64,000 nucleotides of DNA, taken from the sequence record NZ_CP035507.1; one strand, 5' to 3'. The notes below the pieces were generated by a model. The model was given only the letters and a program-made list of their open reading frames with translations. It was not told the DNA's origin and ran no database searches. The position numbers were made by a program, and so were the translations under genes. Shown here piece by piece: positions 47,216 to 57,104 of the stretch (its first letter is position 1; the number at the start of each line of letters is the position of its first letter). This DNA is from a plasmid.

Positions 47216-49608
47216 ATCACTCTCCAGAAATCAGGGCGGTCGCGGTAATCGGAGCCAACAAGAGCCTCGCCCTTCTCCATGCCGCCAAGGATGGTCACGA
47301 GGGGACCGAGGGCGCTGAGATCGGCGTCGATCACCACCGCGCCACGGTCATCGCGCACTAGCGCGAGGCGAGAGGCGGAGCCGACGCCCAGAAGCACGTC
47401 GAGTTCTTTCTCGCTGAGGCCGAGCATGGCGTAGTCGGCAGCCGAGGCGCGGATGTTGGGCAGGAGCACCTGGGTTGGCACGGCTTCGACGATGGTCTTG
47501 CCGGTCCGGGTGCGCTCGAGCTGGCTGGCATACTGGGTCATCATCACGACGACCGCGTTCTGTTTGCGGGCGGTCACCAGCCAGTTCGAGAGCCGCTCGG
47601 CGAAATACGCGTTGTCGAGCGCCTTCCAGGCCTCGTCGATGACGATGATGGTTGGCTTGCGGTCCTCGATCACCCGTTCGACTCGGCGGAAGAGATAGGA
47701 AAGGACCGCCATGCGTTCCCGCTCGCTCTCTGAGTCGAGGATGCCGGTCAGGTCGAAGCCCGCGACGTCAGCGTCGGTGCTGCCCCCGATCTGGAACGTG
47801 TCTTCCGCGTTCGCCCCAAAGATCCAGCCATAGCGTCCCTCGGCTGTCCATTCCTGCATCCTCTCGAAGAGGTCGCCCTCGTCGTCGGTCGAGACGAGGA
47901 GTGAGGCGAAGTCGGACCAGTTGCGCAGCCCCGCGTTCCCCGCACTGGCGTTCTGGCGCACGACCTCCTGCAGGCGGTTAGTCTGCACCGGGGTCAGGGG
48001 CCGGTCCCGGCGCTCGAGGAGGCTTGCAAGCCAGTCGGCAAGCCAGGCCTGCCCGCGGGCGTCGATCTCGGTCTGGAGGGGATTGAGGCCAGTGGGTCGC
48101 CCTGCCCGCACGGTCGAATAGCTGCCGCCGAGCGCGCGGACCGCCATTTCCATGCCGACGCGATAGTCGAAGACGAAGACCCGCGCACCTGCCCGCCGTG
48201 CCATGGTCATGAGGAAAGCCGCCAGCACGGATTTGCCCGATCCGGGGCGGCCGAGGATCAACGTGTGGCCACCTGTGGGCTCACGGTCCGGCGCGCCCTG
48301 TTCGTGAAAGTTGAAGCGGAACCCGCTGCGCTCAGGCGTCGGGAACAGCGTGATCGGTACGCCCCAGGGCACTTCCCTGCCAGTTTTGCCCAGTGGCGTG
48401 CGGTGGAAGGTGGCGAGATCGGCAAAGTTGTGGTTCGTGATCGCGGCCTTGCGGCTGCGCGCCCCGGTGTTCCCGGGATGCTGCGCCATGAAATGCGCCC
48501 GCGCCCCGAAGGCTTCCGAGATCAGGTTGATGCCGGAGGTGGCGGATATGTTGCGGATTTCGGCCGCGATGTCGTCGAGGGCGGCCTGGCTGCGCGCGTA
48601 AACGGCCACCGTCATGTGGTGCTCGCCGAAGATCAGGCGTTTTGATTCCAGATCGTCCTGCGCGAGTTCCAACTCCTGAGCGAGGCTGACCGCCCCGTCA
48701 TTGGCGGCCTGCATGAGGCGCAGCTGCCGCTTGATCCGGCCTGCCATGATGTTGGCGTTGATCGGCACGAAAGAGTGGGTGACCACCATGTCGACGGGCA
48801 GGTTGAGCTCGTCGAGCATCAGGCTGTCGGTCTTGGCGGGATAGTTCTTCACCGCGAAGATCGCGCCGAGCTTGTCGCCGACGGCGCCGTCGGAGAGCGC
48901 GATGGTCGTGCCGCGGAAGGTGACGCGGGTATTGGCCACATCCTCGGCAATCACCCCCAGGCGCGACCGCGGAAAAAGCGGGTGCTCTTCGCCCGTGTTC
49001 AGGGATCCGAGAAACCCGAGAAGCTCGCCAGTGCTGGCGGCAAGCATCCGGGGTTTCAGCTCATCAAAAGACGACAGGAGGAAGCCCACGACCTCGTCGA
49101 GCTTGCGCAAGCGCCGGGTCGTGTCCGCCGCATGCCGCGCGCGGGACGCCCCAAGTCGGAAGGGCAAGCGACTGCCGGTCTCTGGTCGCTTCAGCACAGT
49201 CAGGGTCAGTGTCTTGTCGCGCAGGCCAGATTGACCCAGATGCGCGCGCCAGCGCTGGTCCACGGCGGCCGCAAACCCCTCGCCCGGAATGGGCGGCAGG
49301 GTCACATCGACCGCTTTCGAGACCTTGTGCAGGTAGAAGGAGAACTCGGTCCCGACCTGCGCCACGATGCCAGCCAGCAACCCTCCGATCCGGTCGAGAT
49401 GCCCGTCCTCGCTCGTGGTGCTGTTCACTCCTTCGAGGCGAATGCATTGCATCAGCTCGTTGCCCCGCGTCCGGATCGTCCGGTCGGTCACGAGGCTCAC
49501 ATAAGGCAGCATCGACGAGAGCCGCTTCTCGCCCTTGACCCACGCAGGCAGCGCGGTCACCGGATCGAGGGCGTTCTCAACCTCATCGGCAATTCCATCA
49601 CGGGGCAT
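47212..49608 (-). CDS. virB4: T4SS ATPase VirB4
   Basis: 798 aa. Walker A TLILGRPGSGKSVLAAFL. Confidence 0.9.
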   Translation of the reverse strand: MPRDGIADEVENALDPVTALPAWVKGEKRLSSMLPYVSLVTDRTIRTRGNELMQCIRLEGVNSTTSEDGHLDRIGGLLAGIVAQVGTEFSFYLHKVSKAVDVTLPPIPGEGFAAAVDQRWRAHLGQSGLRDKTLTLTVLKRPETGSRLPFRLGASRARHAADTTRRLRKLDEVVGFLLSSFDELKPRMLAASTGELLGFLGSLNTGEEHPLFPRSRLGVIAEDVANTRVTFRGTTIALSDGAVGDKLGAIFAVKNYPAKTDSLMLDELNLPVDMVVTHSFVPINANIMAGRIKRQLRLMQAANDGAVSLAQELELAQDDLESKRLIFGEHHMTVAVYARSQAALDDIAAEIRNISATSGINLISEAFGARAHFMAQHPGNTGARSRKAAITNHNFADLATFHRTPLGKTGREVPWGVPITLFPTPERSGFRFNFHEQGAPDREPTGGHTLILGRPGSGKSVLAAFLMTMARRAGARVFVFDYRVGMEMAVRALGGSYSTVRAGRPTGLNPLQTEIDARGQAWLADWLASLLERRDRPLTPVQTNRLQEVVRQNASAGNAGLRNWSDFASLLVSTDDEGDLFERMQEWTAEGRYGWIFGANAEDTFQIGGSTDADVAGFDLTGILDSESERERMAVLSYLFRRVERVIEDRKPTIIVIDEAWKALDNAYFAERLSNWLVTARKQNAVVVMMTQYASQLERTRTGKTIVEAVPTQVLLPNIRASAADYAMLGLSEKELDVLLGVGSASRLALVRDDRGAVVIDADLSALGPLVTILGGMEKGEALVGSDYRDRPDFWRVI

Positions 49609-49876
49609 AGCTGTCGCCCCCGTGGAGCTTGCGGTTCGCCGTGGGTGGGGTTTCCTGCAAGGTGATCACGAGGACATCGAGAAAGTTCGGATCCCAGTCC
49701 GCGGCTTTCCAAAGCGCGGGCCAGGCCAGCCCCGCGAAGACGGCCACCACCCAGCTCTGCACCCAGAGGAACAGGAGCGTCGAGCCGAAGAGCCAGACCA
49801 TGGCGTACATGATTGGCAGGCCCATCAGCTTGGGCGGCCTGAGAAGGCCGATGAATACGCGGGACTGGTCGGACAT
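49598..49876 (-). CDS. virB3: T4SS VirB3
   Basis: 92 aa, two-TM protein immediately upstream of virB4. Confidence 0.7.
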   Translation of the reverse strand: MSDQSRVFIGLLRPPKLMGLPIMYAMVWLFGSTLLFLWVQSWVVAVFAGLAWPALWKAADWDPNFLDVLVITLQETPPTANRKLHGGDSYAP

Positions 49877-49885
49877 CGGTTTGGC

Positions 49886-50176
49886 TCAGGTCGTCCAGAT
49901 GGCGGCGACGATGGTGGGTGCTGCAGCGATGCCCGCGATCGCGACCACGACCCAGAGCGCTTGGCGGAAATCGAGGATGCCGAAGAGCCAGGACAGAAAC
50001 ACACCGATCAGCGCGAGCGTGCCGATCACGATGCCCAAGGGGCCGGTGATCGCGTCTACGATGCCTTGCAGCAGCGTCTGCACGGGTGACAGGTCAATGC
50101 TTTGGGCCAGCGCAGGGCCTGCCATCACGATAAGGGCCATCGCGCCGAGCGCGACAAAGGAAGATTTGGACTTCAC
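49886..50176 (-). CDS. virB2: T4SS pilin VirB2/TrbC
   Basis: 96 aa. Signal peptide plus two hydrophobic helices. Confidence 0.7.
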   Translation of the reverse strand: MKSKSSFVALGAMALIVMAGPALAQSIDLSPVQTLLQGIVDAITGPLGIVIGTLALIGVFLSWLFGILDFRQALWVVVAIAGIAAAPTIVAAIWTT

Positions 50177-50865
50177 GAAAGGTCTCCTCTCAGCCGCTGG
50201 AACACGGCTGTCACACGGGCCACATGGCCTTGGGTTTCTCGAAAGGGGGGAATACCGCCATGGCGGGTGACCGCATGGGGACCGGCATTGTAGGCAGCGA
50301 GCGCCAACGCGGGATCGCCGAACTGCTCGAGCATCATCAACAGGTATCGCGCCGAGCCGTCGAGGTTCTGGGCGACGTCATGGGGATCGACGCCGAGATC
50401 GCGCGCGGTGTCGGGCATCAGCTGGCCGAGCCCAATGGCTCCAACCGGGCTCAGCGCACGCGGGTTATAGGCGCTCTCGACCTCGATGTTGGCGCGATAG
50501 AACAGCGCCCAATCGGTGACCGACAGACCCGCCTGGCGCAAAGCGTCATGACTGCCGTAACGCAAGGCGGTGGTCTCGATGGCGTGGAGGATTTCGGGGG
50601 AGGCGCGGACGGCGCGCGGGGCGATCGCTGCGGCAGCTGTCACATCGCTCAGGGGAGCATCATTCCCACGGGACTGCGGTGCTGCAAAGAGAAAGAGACG
50701 ATCTGGAAGGGGCCCATTCTGGGCATCTTCGTCGCCAGTGAACGAGCGCAAGGTGCTCGCAGTCTCGGCGGTGTCGATCAGTCGGCCATCAGGGCTGACC
50801 TGGAAGATGAAACCGTCGGCCAGGGCCAGGGGCGCGGTACAAACGCCTGTACCCAATGCAACGAC
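50173..50865 (-). CDS. virB1: Lytic transglycosylase VirB1 (start uncertain)
   Basis: SLT signature ...ESAYNPRALSPVGAIGLGQLMPDTARDLG...AAYNAGPHAV. The listed ORF extends to 51222 but its first about 110 codons overlap the upstream gene and look non-coding. The likely start is near the signal peptide CAFALVVALGTG. Confidence 0.65.
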   Translation of the reverse strand, partial: VVALGTGVCTAPLALADGFIFQVSPDGRLIDTAETASTLRSFTGDEDAQNGPLPDRLFLFAAPQSRGNDAPLSDVTAAAAIAPRAVRASPEILHAIETTALRYGSHDALRQAGLSVTDWALFYRANIEVESAYNPRALSPVGAIGLGQLMPDTARDLGVDPHDVAQNLDGSARYLLMMLEQFGDPALALAAYNAGPHAVTRHGGIPPFRETQGHVARVTAVFQRLRGDLS

Positions 50866-50881
50866 GAGCGCAAACGCGCAG

Positions 50882-51241
50882 TCAGTTGTCCTTGACCAGA
50901 ACCGGGCCGGTCCGCGGCTCGGACGTGCGCCCGGGTGCTGCGTGACGTTCGCGGGCGCCTTCAATAAGCGGGATGCTGGCGGTCGTGCAACCCATGTCGG
51001 CAAGGAAGCTGACAAGGCCGACGATGGTCTTGAAATCGCGCAGCTTGAGGACGCTGCGACTGGTGACCAGCATCTTGTCGTCGCGCCCATCCGGGGCAAC
51101 GGCTCGGATGACCCAGGCGCCGTACCAACTGTTGTGGCGCTTCTCGGCCCCTTCCTTGCAGACCACCTCGATGAGGTAGCCTTCGGCAAGGAGGCCGCGC
51201 AGTCCGTCTTCTGTAACCACATTCGGGGCTTCTTCTATCAT
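50882..51241 (-). CDS. Hypothetical protein heading the virB operon
   Basis: Preferred start MIEEAPNVVTEDG. The listed 51400 start is less likely. No recognised motif. Confidence 0.4.
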   Translation of the reverse strand: MIEEAPNVVTEDGLRGLLAEGYLIEVVCKEGAEKRHNSWYGAWVIRAVAPDGRDDKMLVTSRSVLKLRDFKTIVGLVSFLADMGCTTASIPLIEGARERHAAPGRTSEPRTGPVLVKDN

Positions 51242-51435
51242 GGCCTTCCCTTGGGTCCTTTTTCTGCTTGGGTGCAGTCTCGGGCCCACGGAGTCGCAAC
51301 ACCGCGGGCGATACAAGACAACATGAACGATAGCAAGACAATTAAAACAACTTGACGAAGATCGCCTTGCTCCGATAACGGTGATAGCTGACAAAATCAT
51401 AATCTTAAAGGCGGCAAAGGAGTTTTGCCCTGCAC

Positions 51436-51711
51436 ATGACCTGTGCGCGCAACATCCCCCTAGTGCTGCTGATCACCGTGCTCGTGGCGGGTGGTCCGGC
51501 TCACGCTTGCACCCCGCCGGAGCGGCCGTTCCTGCCCGCGTCACGCGAAGACATGCGCGCCTATGCGGATCTGATCCGGAGGGACTTTGAAGCCTATGTC
51601 GCCGACGTGCAGGATTACTTCCGCTGCCTCGACGAGGAGCGGGCGCGAGCCTTTATCGAAGCGAGGGAAGTGAGCGAGGAGTACGGGCGGTTTCTCGACG
51701 CAGTGGAGTAG
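51436..51711 (+). CDS. Small secreted hypothetical protein
   Basis: Signal peptide LVLLITVLVAGGPAHA. SD AAAGGAG about 10 nt upstream. Sigma70-like TTGACG...GATAAC upstream. Confidence 0.45.
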   Translation: MTCARNIPLVLLITVLVAGGPAHACTPPERPFLPASREDMRAYADLIRRDFEAYVADVQDYFRCLDEERARAFIEAREVSEEYGRFLDAVE

Positions 51712-51787
51712 TGGCCCCCGCCCGGTCCTGAATCCCTGAACGGAGTACCAGCTCATGCACTGCCTGTTTCAAGCGAGCTTTCAGTCC

Positions 51788-53050
51788 TCAGTCTTCCCGG
51801 TCAGGAAAGAGCCCCGGCATCCATCGACCTGCATATTTGGCGGGGAACGCCAGCTTTAGGGGGGCACGTGTCGATACTGAGGATAGCGCGCCAGCCTCGA
51901 GAAGCGCTGAGGTCACACGTCGCGCCGTACGGTCGCTCGTACCCAGGATGGACTCGACCTCGCCCCGCTCGATCTGTCCCTGATAAAGAACAGCTTTCAG
52001 AACAATATCGGATTTCACAGGCAGGGATCCGGCACGTATTTCCTCTTCCGCCCAGATCAAAATGCGGTCCCGCAACCGGTCTGGCCGCATGAGCCCTGCC
52101 ATGAACTCCACTTGGTCGATGCAAATGCGCAGAAAGAACTGCGCGAAGGAGGCAAGCGCAGCCTCGCTGAGCGTGCCGCGGCCGTCGCGGTCGCCACGGC
52201 GCGGCCCATCACAGGCGGCGAGGTGTTCCTTGTAGGCTGCCTCCTGCCGCGCCAGCCCGCGCGCCACTGACCAAAGGCCGCGCGTGTCCAGGGTCTTGCG
52301 CAGCATGGCGTAGGACATGAGACGTGCAACGCGCCCATTCCCATCAAGGAAGGGGTGCACCCAGAGAAGCCGGTGATGGGCGCAAGCCGCGGCAAGGATC
52401 GGCTCGATCCTGCCGGGAATGCTGTAGGCTTTGTGCATCCGCTCCAGAAAGCGGGGAACAGCACCAGGGCTGATGGCGACATGGCGCCCAACTTCAACGT
52501 ATCGGGTGCGCAGTTCGCCAGGTACTATCGGGATTTTTTCACCTGTCTTTGGGCTTTCGACGAAGAGAAGTTCGGGCGGCAAGAGTTCACAAAACCGGCG
52601 ATGCAGTTCGATGATTGACGCAGGCGCGGTCGGTGGTTCCACCATGCTATCTTCGTCGATCCATTTCTGAACGGCGACATGCGCCTTGGCTTCAAGCTGA
52701 AGGTTTCGCTTTTTTGGATCGGCGCTGTAATCGTTCCGCATGGCGCGTTCGATGTCGATGGGATGGGTGTCATGCCCCTCGATGAGGTTGCTGTAGTAGC
52801 AGTTCATCGCCCGCACGAGATCAGCAAGCGGCTCTGCAATTGAAGCGGGCAAGCTGCTGCGGAATGCGGCGGATTTCTCCGCCAACTCGAGTACAAGATC
52901 ATTCAAGCCTGAGCGGACAGGAGAGCCCTCCGAGACCATGAGGGGCTCGAACAAGCCTACCGTTTCGCCGTCATCACGGACCATCACATTACCTTCCTGC
53001 TGGCCGCTTTCTTGACCGTACGCATTCTCCATAAAATGAATATTTATCAT
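51788..53050 (-). CDS. Fic/DOC family protein, class II
   Basis: Fic motif HPFLDGNGRVARL. Inhibitory motif SNLIEG upstream of it. 420 aa. Confidence 0.8.
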   Translation of the reverse strand: MINIHFMENAYGQESGQQEGNVMVRDDGETVGLFEPLMVSEGSPVRSGLNDLVLELAEKSAAFRSSLPASIAEPLADLVRAMNCYYSNLIEGHDTHPIDIERAMRNDYSADPKKRNLQLEAKAHVAVQKWIDEDSMVEPPTAPASIIELHRRFCELLPPELLFVESPKTGEKIPIVPGELRTRYVEVGRHVAISPGAVPRFLERMHKAYSIPGRIEPILAAACAHHRLLWVHPFLDGNGRVARLMSYAMLRKTLDTRGLWSVARGLARQEAAYKEHLAACDGPRRGDRDGRGTLSEAALASFAQFFLRICIDQVEFMAGLMRPDRLRDRILIWAEEEIRAGSLPVKSDIVLKAVLYQGQIERGEVESILGTSDRTARRVTSALLEAGALSSVSTRAPLKLAFPAKYAGRWMPGLFPDRED

Positions 53051-53285
53051 AGTAGAGCGCTACAGGCTACGGAGATCACGTCCGGTTATTTGGCCGGTTC
53101 GATGTCCACTTATGCTTGGCTCAGGGATCCCATTGCCCAATCGGTGCCCTGAAGCCACGTCACGCGTCAGACCGACATCTGCGACCAGCCCTTAGGGGGT
53201 CACACCGCAACTCCCGCGATGAAATCTCCTTGCTATCGTGCGTGTTGTTTTGTATCGCCGAACCATTATAGCGGGAGTAGGCGTC

Positions 53286-53942
53286 ATGAAGCACAGGGTC
53301 CGGACCGCGGCGGCTGCCGCGGCCATCACCGTAGCGAGCCTCGTCGGGCCGGTCGAGCCGGCGCAGGCCTATCAGGTCGACTGCGCCATCTTGCTTTGCC
53401 TGGCAGGTGGCTGGCCGGCATCCGCACCCTGTGCCCATGCACGCGCGGTCTTCATCCGTCGGATCACGCCTTGGCCGATCGAACCTCCCTTGCAGATCTG
53501 GCGTTGCCCGATGGGGGCGTCGTTCAACGCCCCTGCCCCGCTCTCGCCAATGGAACGGCTCTACGACATCGCCTTCCAGGAGGCGCCTCAGGCCAGCGAA
53601 CCGCAAGATCCCCTACCCCTGATCCAAGTCCAGTCAGACGAGCACGCTGACATCGATATCTCGGGTGATGCCTTCGATTTCGTCCGCAGCATCCGCGTGT
53701 TTCACATCCAGTTCAGCCAGCGCCGGAACCGAGACGGCGACTGCATCACCTCGGACTCCACGCGCCTCGGCTCCTACGGGGTCCAAGGCGACTATCACTG
53801 GACCCGGTCCAGCGTCGCCCAGGTGCCGCCCGCCTCCGATCTGCCCAACACCGGACACTGCAACTGGGTGAGCTATCGCTCGGTCTTCGTCGACTGGCGC
53901 GATCATGAAGGCAACTACGGCTTCGAAGAGGTCCGCTACTGA
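53286..53942 (+). CDS. Secreted hypothetical protein
   Basis: Start MKHRVRTAAAAAAITVASLVGPVEPAQA (signal peptide) with a GGGAG SD. No family recognised. Confidence 0.45.
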   Translation: MKHRVRTAAAAAAITVASLVGPVEPAQAYQVDCAILLCLAGGWPASAPCAHARAVFIRRITPWPIEPPLQIWRCPMGASFNAPAPLSPMERLYDIAFQEAPQASEPQDPLPLIQVQSDEHADIDISGDAFDFVRSIRVFHIQFSQRRNRDGDCITSDSTRLGSYGVQGDYHWTRSSVAQVPPASDLPNTGHCNWVSYRSVFVDWRDHEGNYGFEEVRY

Positions 53943-54081
53943 ACCCGGCCGGGCCTCCATCGGGCAGGCCCGCCTCCGACACAACTTGCACCGGAGACTG
54001 TGCACCGAACCCGAAAAGGGAAACGACGCCAGACCGTAAAGCCTGACGCCGCGCTAGAAGAACCCGTGAACAAGGATCTTC

Positions 54082-54949
54082 TAGGCTCAGGACCCATTGA
54101 TCTGCTTGAGGCCGCTCGGCTTGCGTGATTCAAGCTACCGAACTGACGGTGGTGATCATGAGCAACCTTTTCTGGCTGACCGACGAGCAGATGGAGCGGT
54201 TGAAGCCGTTCTTTCCAAAGAGCCATGGCAAGCCGCGGGTCGATGACCGGCGCGTGCTGAGTGGCATAATCTTCATCAACCGCAATGGGTTAAGATGGTG
54301 CGACGTGCCCACTGAGTATGGCCCGCCGAAGACCCTTTACAACCGCTGGAAGCGATGGGGCGATATGGGGGTCTTCGCCCGGATGATGGAGGGATTGGCC
54401 TCAGAAGGCTGCGAGGAGAAGGTCGTCATGATCGACGCGACCTACCTGAAGGCGCACCGCACGGCCTCAAGCCTGCGGGCGAAAAAGGGGGGCCCGACGA
54501 TCAACGCGGGCGTCTGATCGGGCGCACAAAGGGCGGGCTGAACACGAAGCTGCATGCTGTGACCGATGCCAGGGGACGGCCCCTGAAGTTCTTTATGACG
54601 GCGGGCCAAGTCAGCGACTACACCGGCGCCGCCGCCCTGCTGGGCAGCCTGCCCGGTGCCGAATGGCTGATTGCCGACCGGGGCTACGATGCCGACTGGT
54701 TCAGGGAAGCGTTGAAAGACAAGGGGATAAAGCCCTGCATCCCAGGCCGGAAGTCGCGCGGCAAGGCCGTCCGCTACGACAAGCGCCGCTACAAACGGCG
54801 TAATCGCATCGAGATCATGTTCGGCAGGCTCAAGGACTGGCGCCGCGTCGCTACCCGCTACGATAGATGTGCGAAGACCTTCCTCTCCGCCGTCGCACTG
54901 GCCGCAACCGTCTTGTTCTGGCTTTGACGATCAATGAGTCTGGACCCTA
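54082..54949 (+). mobile_element. IS5-family (IS427-group-like) insertion sequence, copy 1
   Basis: Identical at the nucleotide level to 59793-60660 (offset 5711). Flanked by TA at both junctions. Carries the orfA/orfB transposase with an A_AAA_AAG slippery site. Confidence 0.85.
54125..54927 (+). CDS. IS5/IS427-group transposase (orfA 54125-54517 plus orfB 54355-54927, joined by a programmed -1 frameshift)
   Basis: The frames differ by -1. The slippery heptamer gcg-aaa-aag-ggg (A AAA AAG) sits near 54485-54495. The DDE region has ...IADRGYDADWF... and the C-terminal YDRCAKTFLS motif typical of IS5-family transposases. Confidence 0.8.
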
Positions 54950-55036
54950 CAAGGCCGCGATCGATACCGAGCGTGAAGCTGTGCTCGATCAACTGGCCGC
55001 CGACGCTCAAGAGCAGGACATGGGCTACCGCTCGAA
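54950..55036 (+). pseudogene. Orphan 3' fragment of an antitoxin gene, coupled to the PIN toxin gene
   Basis: The reading frame ...KAAIDTEREAVLDQLAADAQEQDMGYRSK* ends in an ATGA overlap with the PIN gene start. A TGA stop lies a few codons upstream of the IS junction and there is no start codon, so no intact upstream part exists. Confidence 0.4.
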
Positions 55037-56002
55037 ATGAGCCAGTACACGGTCCTGTTCGATGCGAACGTCCTTTATCCCGCGCCGATGCGCGATGCAC
55101 TGATGCAGTTGGCGGTCACAGACCTTTTCAAGGCCAAGTGGACGGCTGACATTCATCGGGAATGGATTGATGCGCTTCTGCGCAATGAACCTCATCGGGA
55201 CCGCGCCGCGCTGGAGCGAACCCGCGATTTGATGGACAGGGCCACACGCGACTGTCTGATCACCGGCTACGAGGCATTGGTGCCGGCCCTGACACTGCCG
55301 GACCCTGACGACCGGCACGTTCTGGCGGCGGCAATCGTTGGGCGCTGTGACGCGATCGTCACGCAGAACCTGAAGGATTTCCCACCAGAGACACTTGCGC
55401 CCTTCGGCATCGAGACCCAGCACCCCGACGACTTTTTCCGGAACCAACTGTCTCTCGCACCCGGTCTAGTCTGTTCTGCGCTGCGGAAAGTTCGCGCGCG
55501 CCTCAAGAATCCTCCCAAAAGCGTAGACGAGTATCTCGCGATCCTGACGCAGCAAGGGCTGGTCAGCGCGCTGGCCTTGGGGATCGTGGTGTCCTTCGCG
55601 GTGGGCGCGGCGATCGCGGCGGCCTTCGGCTATACCGATGCGGTCAGCATGGCGACGATCGGCGGGGGTGCGGCGACCTATATCGTGGGTCCGGTGACCG
55701 GCACCGCCTTGGGCGCCAGTTCCGAGGTCATCGCCCTGTCGGTCGCTGCCGGGCTGCTGAAGGCGGTGCTGGTGATGATCGGCACGCCGCTGGTCGCGCC
55801 GCTGATCGGGCTGAACAACCCGAAATCGGCCATGGCCTATGGCGGGCTGATGGGCACGACCAGCGGCGTGGCCGGGGGGCTGGCCGCGACCGACAAGCGG
55901 CTGGTGCCCTATGGCGCGATGACGGCGACCTTCTTCACCGGGCTGGGCTGTCTGATGGGGCCGTCGGTCCTCTATCTGGCGCTGCTGGCCGTGACGGGCT
56001 GA
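55037..56002 (+). CDS. PIN-domain (VapC-like) toxin whose reading frame continues into a membrane-protein (LysO/DUF340-like) fragment
   Basis: The N-terminal about 180 aa have PIN acidic residues (VLFDANVLY, PDPDDRHVLAAAIV, IVTQNLKDF). The C-terminal about 140 aa are Gly/Ala-rich hydrophobic (GGGAATYIVGPVTGTALG...). The 3' end overlaps the minus-strand permease gene. Probably a rearrangement product. Confidence 0.55.
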   Translation: MSQYTVLFDANVLYPAPMRDALMQLAVTDLFKAKWTADIHREWIDALLRNEPHRDRAALERTRDLMDRATRDCLITGYEALVPALTLPDPDDRHVLAAAIVGRCDAIVTQNLKDFPPETLAPFGIETQHPDDFFRNQLSLAPGLVCSALRKVRARLKNPPKSVDEYLAILTQQGLVSALALGIVVSFAVGAAIAAAFGYTDAVSMATIGGGAATYIVGPVTGTALGASSEVIALSVAAGLLKAVLVMIGTPLVAPLIGLNNPKSAMAYGGLMGTTSGVAGGLAATDKRLVPYGAMTATFFTGLGCLMGPSVLYLALLAVTG

Positions 56003-57104
56003 CCGTCTCGACCGCCAGCACCACGAGGCCCAGCCCCGCGGCCAAGGCCCACAGATGCCACAGGATGGGCGCGATCTCGGGCAGGGTCGCGCCCATCTGC
56101 GTGACCCGCACCAGCCCGTCGATGGCCGCCGTCGACGGGATCAGCTGCGCCAGCGCGTTGAGATGGGCCGGGATCGCCTCGACCGGCCAAGCGAAGCCCG
56201 ACAGGAAGAAGAACGGCATCCCGAGCGCCAGCAGCACGACCTGCACGACCTCGCCCCGCCGGAACAGCGCCGCGACCAGCTGCGCCAGAAACCCGGCCGC
56301 CAGCAGGAAGGGCAGGCCCAGCATCATCAGCGCCCCCGGCCCGCCCAGGATCGGCAGGCCATAGAGCACCGGCAGCACGATCAGATAGACCGGCAGCAGC
56401 CCCGCCCAGATGGCCAGCCACGCCCCCGCCCGGCCCAGCAGCCGCCAGACCGGATGGCCGGGCAGCGGCCCGCGCCGGGTCGCAGCCAAGGCCAGCCCCA
56501 TCATCATCGTCTGCTGCAGGATCAGCACGAAGGCCGCGGGCAGCACATAGGTCGCGTAGCCCGCCGCGGGGTTGAACAGCGGCACCTCGATCTGGTTCGC
56601 GGGGCTGACCTGGGCGGTGGCCACGGCGCGGGGCGTGCCTTGGGCGATCAGGCGCCCGGCCTCGACCTCGGCGCCCATCTGGCGCAGGGGGACGGCGGCG
56701 CCCTGCATCACGCGCTGATACATCAGGAAATAGCTGGCATCGGCATAAAGCGCGACGGGGCTCTGATCGCCGCGCAGCAGGGCGCGTTCGAACCCGTCGG
56801 GGATCAGCATGACGCCATAGGCGCGGCGTTCGTGGACCAGCCGCGTGGCCTCGGCCATGTCGGGGGCGTGGTGGGTCAGGGCGACCGCCTCCGACGCGTC
56901 CACTCGCCGCGCCAGATCGGCCGATGCGGTCGAGCCGTCCTGATCGACCAGCACCACCGGCACGTCACGCAGCAGTTCGGCCCGATAGGGCAGCGGATAG
57001 ATCACCGCATAAAGGATCAGCGCCAGCAGCACGATCATCCGCACCTGTTTGTCGCCCAGCACGGCGGCCAGTTCCGCCCGAAAGGCGGTGGCAAGCGCGC
57101 TCAT
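55935..57104 (-). CDS. ABC-2 family transporter permease (YbhR/YbhS-like)
   Basis: Six-TM ABC-2 permease architecture. Start MSALATAFRAEL at 57104 overlaps the upstream permease stop (ATGA). Confidence 0.7.
   Translation of the reverse strand: MSALATAFRAELAAVLGDKQVRMIVLLALILYAVIYPLPYRAELLRDVPVVLVDQDGSTASADLARRVDASEAVALTHHAPDMAEATRLVHERRAYGVMLIPDGFERALLRGDQSPVALYADASYFLMYQRVMQGAAVPLRQMGAEVEAGRLIAQGTPRAVATAQVSPANQIEVPLFNPAAGYATYVLPAAFVLILQQTMMMGLALAATRRGPLPGHPVWRLLGRAGAWLAIWAGLLPVYLIVLPVLYGLPILGGPGALMMLGLPFLLAAGFLAQLVAALFRRGEVVQVVLLALGMPFFFLSGFAWPVEAIPAHLNALAQLIPSTAAIDGLVRVTQMGATLPEIAPILWHLWALAAGLGLVVLAVETVSPSRPAAPDRGPTAPSDSPAR

Noticed and set aside
50866-51222. N-terminal about 110 codons of the listed VirB1 ORF (to 51222) and the 51242-51400 extension of the neighbouring ORF
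   Set aside because: Pro/Ser/Arg-rich translations that overlap the adjacent gene. A signal peptide and the SLT domain begin further downstream.
54082-54083. TA dinucleotides flanking both IS copies as proof of independent transposition events
   Set aside because: A 2 bp duplication is too short to be diagnostic. The unrelated gene fragments on each side point to recombination or deletion between copies instead.
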